A DNA stretch of 64,000 nt. Source: Pecten maximus. Lineage: Eukaryota. Below the pieces are notes generated by a model. It searched no databases, had not been told where the DNA came from, and saw nothing but the letters and a program-made list of their open reading frames with translations. A program made the translations under genes and the position numbers. The DNA lies in NCBI RefSeq assembly GCF_902652985.1, contig NC_047016.1, positions 29,078,001-29,142,000 of the forward strand, given 5' to 3'. Positions within the stretch are counted from its first letter, which is position 1. Each line of letters begins with the position of its first letter. Below, piece by piece: positions 55,301 through 64,000 of the stretch.

Positions 55301-56450
55301 TTGAAATCCACAACTTCAGTTCACAATGTTGAATTTCAGAAATAACCCGCACTATAATATATAATGAGAAACAGAAGTTTGATTGACCAATCACTATTTC
55401 TGGAAAAGTGTAACCTATTATGTTTTCCTAACAATACAATGCATGCTGATTTTACAATAATATTCTATGTTCAAATAATTTTCCTGAGGTGTTATCGTAA
55501 AATGCAAAGCTGATTCTCAACTGAAGTATTTTGTAAGATAACAATGCTTTCATTCGATACTCTGTCCCTGATCGATAAGAAAGAGTACGACCTGCCTTCC
55601 CAGTGTCCTAATTAATATAAATATCGATTATATGATTTATTACTTTAAAATCTAAATTCACTAAAACGTTAAAGTACAAAATTAATAATATATTCATAAT
55701 TTCACCACCTGTTATATTATCTGCGACAGACTTAAGAGTACATTTCGTTGAAGGTATGTCACAGTACTGTATCATACCATATATGGCGATAGTCCTTTTT
55801 GTTGTTTCTATATATGTATTTGCCTCCCTTCCTGAAGTATGTGTATTGTACGTACTAGATATGATTGGAACATCTACTTACAATATAAAATATTTGTTAA
55901 TTAGGTACGTCCTGGACACATGACATAACATAGATCTCCCGTAGCAACTACCATAAGACACACAAGGTAGGGCTTACTAGCCAGATGATGCCATTCCTTC
56001 TATTTGGATGACTGTCGGGTATATTATCCATTTAATTACTTATTTATTTATTGAATTACAGTATTACCATGAAGAATTAAATACGTTCAGTATAACTGAT
56101 GATGTTGTTTCATGGAAACGTTGCAGAATCTAGCATAATCTATTCATGAAGAAGAGGGAATGAATGCTAACACCTAGCATGTTAGTCTACGGATATGAAC
56201 TAATATAGTGTTAATGAATATATAAGGATTCAATCACCAATGTGCCGAATAACTACAGCTACCAAATAACATTTTGAACGCTTATTTTTGTATTCCCAAA
56301 CATCACATTTATCTTTGGGATGTTAACAGGCACTATTATAGTCACCATGTTTTGGTATGAAACAGGAATGGTGGTTATTGTGATATGAGTGACATTGTAC
56401 GAGGCAATTACATAGTTCCTTTTTGTATTTGTGTAACATTTTCATCACTA

Positions 56451-56782
56451 GTGAGCCTCATATTGAAGGATTTAAATTTTGCCGGACATATTGTATTGTT
56501 TCAGCATAATACCCTTCAATATATATACACTTTTGCCAGCGGTGTTTAAGGACCTCAATGCCACTTTTATAGAAAACTCCTTTTCTTGGCTGTTTAGAAT
56601 GTCAACTACTGCATGTTAGGGTTAGGGTTAGGGCTAGGGTTAGGATTAGGGTGTTTGAAATAGCTGTTTTCAGTTTTGAAAATAGGTGAAAGTCTGATGA
56701 AGCGAGATCAGGTGAAAAAGGCGAGTGCTCAATCAATTTAAAGCCACAACCGTGAATGGCAACCATGGTAATGAGAGACTCT
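56451..56782 (-). mobile_element. Mariner (Tc1/mariner) transposase C-terminal relic
   Basis: Translates to GFKLIEHSPFSPDLASSDFHLFSKLK (mariner HPPYSPDLAPSDxxLF motif), then after an interruption HAVVDILNSQEKEF and, with a frameshift, YKSGIEVLKHRWQKCIYIEGYYAE (mariner C-terminal RWxKC motif). Confidence 0.88.
56616..56651 (+). repeat. Interstitial telomeric tract (TTAGGG)6 with 2 variants
   Basis: ttaggg ttaggg ttaggg ctaggg ttagga ttaggg. Confidence 0.85.
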
Positions 56783-56786
56783 TTCA

Positions 56787-56806
56787 CCCTAACCCTAAAC
56801 CTAACC
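56787..56806 (-). repeat. Interstitial telomeric tract (CCCTAA)3, opposite orientation
   Basis: ccctaa ccctaa acctaa cc. Confidence 0.7.
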
Positions 56807-59800
56807 GATTTTGTCCATTTCGCAAAAGTCGCTTGTCTTGCTTACTTTAGAGTGCTACCTTGTCGATATGAACTAACTAAATGAGACCAGTCTTTGGGTA
56901 CACGGCCCTATATAGTCAGAGAATAGTAGGACTTAAAAAGAACACCCTTGAGTACCTCCTTTACTACGAGGCTCACAATATATCAATCAACCCGCGTACA
57001 TTAAGTGAAACTTTGCACGAAAATAAACCGCTTAAATAACCCCTATAATTTAGCTTTGTTTAACCGGGAAGTTTTCGTTTAATTAATGGTCGAAGAAGAA
57101 AACCTTATTTTCACTGCTACAACCCGTCGTCTGCTTAACATTACCCTGACCGTAAATGACAATTCCGTTATGGGTATTGTCCAGTTAAAGACTCAAACAC
57201 GTGGAAAACATTACATGTATACACACGTTCAGATTAAACCATTTTTCAGCGTGTAAACATACCTGACATCAATTCCGTATAACGACTTTAACAGACATTG
57301 TGTTCTGTCTAAAAGTCAGGCGAGTGAAACCGTCAGATTCCTGTTATACAGATCGCACATTCTCATGATAAACCGTGCCACTGAACCATGGACATTGCGA
57401 CTTACTCACAAATAAACCATCTCCAGCCACAAATGCAATCCCAGTGGATTCTGTGCTATTAAACCCGCAAAAACCATCAGCATAAATTACAATAGACCGA
57501 ATAATTCTTTTACAAGATTCAGGAAAGTATGGGTAAGATGTTTATACAGTTATATTTTTCAAAGAGATCTTTAAAAAGGATGTGGGAATTATATGCCAAG
57601 TTTTATTTAGACAAGTGGGGGTTAGCCGTTACACAAGAGGATCAAATATCATATAGATTGTATATATATTGAGTTTGACAATGATGGATTTTTATAAACT
57701 GTCTGCTCCCTAGGATCTTTAAAACTGACTGCTCCCGTGGAGATAAGTACATTGCCTAGCTTTAAGGGCCAAACTTCAGGCTAATACACTTTCTCTGTAA
57801 GCTATTTCCGTTCTCTCACTTCGCCATGTAATTGAAGCAATATTCCTTATCCGAACGGTTTCATGAGAAGAAAACAATGCAAGTTCATGGTATCAATGAA
57901 TAAGACAATTCTATGCGAACTTTCCTCAATGAAGTGGAAAAATACACTAAGAACTTTCAGACACAAAGTCATTTTACAGTTCCTGAGAGTTATCGTTCAA
58001 TATAAGTCAAAATGTATCGTATAATGCAGAGATTCAAATATCCATAGACATAGGAACATCATGAAAATATTACACACTGAACAAAAATATAGTATATAAA
58101 TTTGCATATAACGAAAACAAAATATGTGGTTACATCTCTTACATTATTGTTAAACGAGGCAAACGCCTCCATTTTATTCTGAATTTTGGAATGTTTATCA
58201 TGTTCTGTTGGAAGACGTGTCTCACTCATCGAAAACATAGTTGAGATAAATTACCAATATTACCAAAAACCAAATTTTCTAATAAGGCTATAATTCAATG
58301 TGGTTTTCAAAGTAGCTGTCGCAAGACGAAATACAATCACAACGTCAAATGTACATGTACACGTGACGCAATGAAGTAAATCATTAATGCAGTAACTATC
58401 TTACATGTTTTTTGTAATAAACGCGATACACAATGCGTGCTGAACTATTTTAAAATGAATTATCGTCGTAACATTATCAACTATGAACAAAAATGCAACG
58501 GTTTACATTTAATAAACCATCCTGTTCGGGAAGAATGAGGTCTCGGATATATACACACCTGCGTCTGACCACAACTATGTCAACAGCGTGCTAAGCTTTT
58601 AACATTTCAGACTTTTAACCTCTTCACTTTCCAGGTATAATATCATTATAAAATCTATATTCGCCTTACTGTAAAATCAAAAATAGTTGTGGTGTGAAAT
58701 ACTATGGGGCAGTTCAGAGATAATTGAATGCGCATGACATTCGTAAGAATATAACCATAAGAGTGTGTATATGGTTCTACAACTGTTTATATGTTTATAA
58801 GAAAACAATCGCCAGAAAGTCTCAAAGCAGGATTGAAGACTTTAAATACAACACCAAACACGGAATAAGGAAGTGTTCACCAAACCAGTGCAAAATGATG
58901 CGTTAATTTCAAAATCTAGGAAATCGACTAATTGAAAACATGTATAACATTAAGAATGCTTTCTGACTGATCAACAGTTTAACTACTGCTTAAATATTAT
59001 TGCTAGAATGCTGTATATTACTGCAATTACTGGGAAAGGCGTTAACTGATGGTAGAGCATCTCCGATACAGAGGAGACAACGACGGGGTTGGTTATCAGT
59101 TCCGTTAGATGGAAGGCAATAGCAGCTTGACTTTATCTCACAGCATAAACGTATTAAATGGGAAGTTTTTACATGTAAAGTTAAATTTTATTGCGAATCG
59201 ATTTGGAAATTCTTATAGAAAGCCAGTATTTCTGTCCGATTCAAAATCAGCAGATGTGTAATCAGAAGTTTTTAAGATAAGACGGTATTGATCTGAACAC
59301 CCTGATTACGAGATTCGTTGAGCCTCGTATATGGCATTCCTTTCGGAAAAATCTAGGCTGTTCGTGAAATGCTATGTCTGATGTTTCTTCTCGGTTATGG
59401 AAATTTGTGTTTTTCATATTTGTCGCGAATTTGTTTCTCTTGTCCAGAAACCAAGTAAAAGTACAATGGCTACCATGTAAAAAACAATCATGGCTTCCAC
59501 AGAGGTATTGAAATGCAGTAAACCCGATGGCTAATTCCATAAGAGAGTGATGTTTCGACGGTTTTGACGATCATACAACTATACAAACGTAGTAATCCAA
59601 AAGTATCATACCCTGTGGAAGTGGGATGTTGATGCTTTTAGTTGGTATGACCTTCCAAAATATTTAAGAAATGAAAGTTCTGGCACGTTTTAGAGCATCT
59701 TAGCAGAGACCTGTACAAAAGGGAGCAGTTTTAGATCTTAGAATGAAAAAAAATTGTAATCATATATAAATGAGAAAAATAAAGTCGATATGAACGAAAT

Positions 59801-61733
59801 ATTGGAAATATACAAAAAAGGGAGATAAGTAAGTTCTGAAATTCGATTGGTATACTGGAGTTTCTATCAGAAATAAAGGTTTTGTATGTTAGCCAAGGGG
59901 ACCTCTCCGGGGGTCCGGAGTCCATTACATCGATAGGGAGACGAGAGATTAGCAGAATGAACAGGCAATAGATAGCCTGGTATCTACATCTGTTTTTACG
60001 TAGCGGGTCCCAGGGGGTAGGTCCCACTTGTCAGCTCCCATTGAAGCGCCTTGCTATCTAAAACCTAACTCTATCGTACCACCTCTAGTGCAATCTACTC
60101 CGAGACGTTTTCATCGTAAGTTCTTATAGAGAGTTAAGTGAACACCAGCAAGGTAACTGTTGGAAACTCCAAAACGGCTCTTTCCGCACAAGTCATCGGA
60201 TTCCAAGAACGCCAGGTTTGTTTCTGGGGCTTTTAGAGTTGAAGTATCCCTAGTGTTCATGCAGTAAATAATCATTAAAAACAAAATCTATCTATCGCCG
60301 ATAGATTGCAGGCATTGCAAAAAATGAAATTAATGTACTTTTCTGACAAGTTTTGTGTACGGAAATTTCTGTGTATTAATTAAGTGTTCCCCTCAGTGGC
60401 CCCTTCTGTCTATATCTAAAATTCCCGTACTCGTTTTTCTTTACTATTGCGACCACTTAAGAGGCACTTAACTGTAATGGTATAAATACCAAAACTATAT
60501 ACCCATTAATGAACTTCATTACAACAAGAAATTCACCAAATCTTCACAGCTGAGAGGGTAGGAGATTTTTGTCTAGGAACACAGCCTTACAACACATGTG
60601 GGTAGTCCAACCTTACTCGCACATCAAAGGCGCCGACAAGGTAGAGAACATAAATTACTCTGGTTTTGACAGATGCAACTGTTTGTTGGACTTCCACAAT
60701 GGCGAGAATAAATGAGAATTCATATCATTTATACGTGTGGTTTTGTGTGATTTAATGGGTTTTCGTCTATAGCGGTATCGGAGAGCTGCCTATAGAATCA
60801 CTGTTTTATTATAGCCTATATATAAATAATGTATCAGAATTTACATGCGTGTGTGCGGGATGACGTTGGGTGAGCAGAATCGCCCAGATGTTTGCAGATT
60901 TCGAGTTAGTGTTGCCGTAAATCTTGAGTTAAGTAATACTGCCAGTGACATGCAACTTGAGTTAGCATGCTATTATAAGTGATATTACCAAGCGCTCCAT
61001 GTCCTCATTCCGATCCAGTTATTTATTCGAAAAGGTCAAAAGGTTCAAAGTAGACTAATTAACCTTAATCTTGTGTCAATAAGCTAATTTACAGTTGGAG
61101 TTGTTTCCATTTCCTACCACTCGACTATGATATTTATGTTTTTTCAAATATTATTACGGCTAAAAATGAAAATACAAATGTAACTGAAATTAGTTCCGTA
61201 CCGTTACCGATGGCGTACAATGATACAAATTATGAAAAATATAGGACTTATTATTGAATTCCTTTGCCACGGTGTACTTTATTGTTGCTTACGATTACGA
61301 GATGGCTCCCTTCACCCCGCCCCCCCCCCCCCCCCCCCCCCCCCAAAAAAAGAAAGAGTTCCAAAAAACAACTCTTTGAAAAGGTACCGACATCTTATTT
61401 CCAGTGACGAGTATCAATCTCGTATAACTGTTTTAAACATAGACTTAATCAATTAGTGTTGAGATTTTTGTTCTGTTTTAAAATCCGTCAATTGGTGATA
61501 TCGGATAGCGAAGCTTCAAAATTTATGAATTGATGGTGTCAACTTTATGATAGAATATGTTGCGAAATAATATATGGTACACTGTTCTTTTTATGAAACC
61601 TTCGAAAAGGAATTTTGTAAAAATATACAATTTACATTAGATGCTGAAAATGCACTGAATCTTTTGTTTAGGCTTCAGCGTGATTCAAAGGGTCAAACGA
61701 GTGGACTTTCAGTGGTAAACTATGTTTTGTTAC

Positions 61734-62375
61734 TTAAGAAATAATTAACGATGATTCGTGTATTGTTGCAGGATATACAACTCGGACTCGGATATTTTGC
61801 AATTAAATTAATAACAAAGGTCGCAGGCCTGAGTTATTGATTAAAATTGCAAAATATCCGAGTTCGAGTTGTATATCCTGCAACAATACACGAGTCAAAG
61901 TTGATTATTTCTTTTCTACCATGTACTGTTTAGTTCTGAGATCGACCTCTTTCTAATAGAAAAACAGCAAAGAAACCCCGAGAAAACCTTGTAATTTATT
62001 GTTTGAGTATTGCATTATTTGTTGATGAAATATACAGGCAATACAGTACTACGATCAAAAGCATCTATCATATGGCATTGATTTTGAAAATAAAAAAAAA
62101 AAAAAAAAAAAAAAGGGGGGGAGGGGGGGGGGGGGGGGGGGCTCCGTAGGATTCCAACTCGCGTCGTGATAAAAACATATTGAAATGAAAGACTAACCCA
62201 TTAGCCAACTCGGCTATAGTAACCTTTTATGAAACGGGTGAATATTATAAGATATATAAAATTGTAACAGCCGTGACTCACGACCGTGTATTATTGGCAC
62301 GAGCGTGGGTTATTGGAAAATAATACACAGTTTTAAACCAACCAAAAGTGGCGTTGCATAGCAAACATGGTAGAA
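61734..62375. mobile_element. Non-autonomous palindromic element (Crypton-like) with internal tRNA-like cassette
   Basis: About 87-bp inverted arms 61736-61913 centred on C-GCA-G, followed by TTCTACCATGT (61914-61924), whose reverse complement ACATGGTAGAA ends the element (62365-62375). No TSD evident. Confidence 0.65.
62141..62218 (-). pseudogene. tRNA-derived (Ser-like, long variable arm) Pol III-type sequence
   Basis: Minus strand ATAGCCGAGTTGGCTAATGGGTTAGTCTTTCATTTCAATATGTTTTTATCACGACGCGAGTTGGAATCCTACGGAGC is collinear with eukaryotic tRNA-Ser (GGCCGAGTGGTTAAGGCG...GGTTCGAATCCTGCCG). The A-box is intact, the B-box has one mismatch and the stems are decayed. Confidence 0.55.
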
Positions 62376-64000
62376 TGTAATATAATGAATCTTTAGGTAT
62401 CCAATTGATTCAAAGGGTTAAAGGAGTGGATTGTCAGTGGTAAATTGTATTTTGATACATACAACATAACTTAAATGCCAAATAATGGATATAACATCAA
62501 ATGGATGATGGTCTAACCTAATGATTTAATCCATTTGGAACAATTTGAAAGACGTGTATATGTTGTTAACCGGTGCCTAATGACACGAAAAACACAGCAA
62601 TGTTAACAGTCCTCGCATGTCTGTATACATCAGCTAATCTTACATACATCAGGCGCTTTTATTGTTCATGCTGATATGTTGTTTTATGGTATTAGATAAA
62701 AACGATTATTTGTAGTAAATAGATACTAAATATGCATTGTACCCAGAAGGTACATGTATAAACCAGGAGGAGTCGGCTGCCCAAACAAATAAATCAAAAC
62801 TATATTTTATTGGAAACTGTCCCGAAATCTGATTTTGAATATGACTTTTCCATTTTTACCAATTACCATTCCAATAACCGGCACTGAGACTAAAACACTG
62901 GCTTTAAAACGACAGTAAAGTGTTGTTTTTTTCTGAAAACGACGACGTGTTCAAGTAATTAACATGCAATAACCTCAGTTACACGTAAATGATGCACCAG
63001 TGATGAAAGGGAAACTATTAAACGTTCTGTATAGGCTAGGGTGTCGGCAGTAATGTTTTACAGGAATGATCGTGTCTATAACAAATCTTTTCTCCCTCAC
63101 AGACCTATCAACGTCAGCAACACGTGTTATCGTAAGCTCTTATTAATCCGAATGCGTTATGATAGACCTCCGTTAATCCGACCGACACGTGCATGGAGCT
63201 AACTGCATGATGAATTGTTTATGCGAACGTGTTATTATACATGGTACAATATGCATTCGATAGCCATCATTCTTTTGTATCTCCTATATAACTCTATTCG
63301 TACGAAAACCAGCACATCCCCGGCGAGCAGCATGCGAATTTTGCTTGTATATATGTAGTGTTTGACTCCTCTATAGTCATTATTTCTAACGGCAGTATCA
63401 ACTTTATTTTCCGGAGATTAGAGGTGTTCATGTCGTCATTTAAAAGATATCATACACCAGGTGGTTAAGGGTAGTCTCGAGTTAGATATCAACCTGGTAT
63501 CCCGTTAATTATTGAACAATGTGATAATTTGGTGTATCGATGTGTAGGCCGAAAAACGAAGTGCGCTCTGTATAAATTTCGAAGAGGTTTGTGCAAAGAG
63601 TACACTTTCGGTTAACAAATGTATCATCACGTTCAATCCTTATATTGAAGTATAAAGCTAAAAAGAAACAATCTTTAACGAAAATATTTTAAATTTACAA
63701 TGGTAAGGGTGTGTTTCTGTGGCGCAATGACTTTGACGTTGACCAAACACGGGTCTGTGCGGCTTTCTCCGCGCGCCGTTATAGTCGCAAAGCCACTAGT
63801 TTATTTTAGTTTCAGTTCCAAGTCTGTTTGCATTTTTGAGGGAAAACTGCATGTTGATGGTCGAAAATATGGACAATTGCAAGAAAAATCGCCAAAAATT
63901 CAGAAAAAAGCTAGTGATTAAGTAATTATTCATTAATATTACCGGATATACTGACATACCAAAAGCGTATCTATATATTCAACAATCCATCCTAACTATT

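Noticed and set aside
57138-57180. TTACCCTGAC...GGGTATTGT hairpin with a miR-10-like start
   Set aside because: Only about 43 nt with a short stem, seed mismatch, and on the strand opposite Hox3.
59609-59660. TACCCTGTGGAAGTGGG resembling miR-10/993 5p
   Set aside because: No complementary star arm; diverges after 8 nt.
57850-59700. Possible decayed coding relic (RTFLNEVEKYTKNF, ILWGSS)
   Set aside because: Fragments too short and disrupted to assign.
61033-61047. AGGTCA-aaa-GGTTCA, and AGGTGA-acag-GGTTCA at 38775, as RAREs
   Set aside because: Wrong spacing or degenerate half-sites; no DR5/DR2 match seen.
62141-62218. Functional tRNA gene
   Set aside because: Acceptor and anticodon stems do not pair; kept only as tRNA-derived sequence.
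15600-64000. miR-993 / miR-10 precursor expected between Hox3 and Hox4/5
   Set aside because: Scanning by eye for CTACAGGGTA, GAGCTTC and related arms found no hairpin with a mature match; it may lie outside the window or have been missed.

Overview
AT-rich animal genomic DNA, probably a bivalve mollusc (inferred from the repeat types; the species cannot be named from this window). The only protein-coding gene I can support is a minus-strand Hox3 (paralogue group 3) gene with two coding exons, 15537/15438-14916 and 11298-10409, joined by a phase-1 GT-AG intron. It has an MHKTAAYY N-terminus, an IYPWMK hexapeptide, a poly-Q linker, a PG3 homeodomain and a PKLTHL C-terminus. A strong acceptor 60 nt before the first ATG implies upstream non-coding exons; I find candidates about 35 kb away (50816-~50945 and 50308-50396, plus an alternative at 49061-~49135). 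The rest is Hox-cluster intergenic or intronic DNA with no Hox2 or Hox4 coding sequence and no recognisable miR-10/miR-993 hairpin. It contains a 23-bp minisatellite, a 50-bp satellite with higher-order structure, a duplicated V-domain SINE, a Helentron-type end, a MITE pair and a mariner relic interrupted by opposed TTAGGG/CCCTAA tracts. There are also two sequence-unrelated elements with the same A-A'-B-B' palindromic architecture and cGNAg triloops (Crypton-like), one of which carries a tRNA-Ser-like Pol III cassette. The other ORFs in the supplied track look spurious, apart from the mariner fragment. All regulatory and non-coding-exon calls are motif-based and untested.
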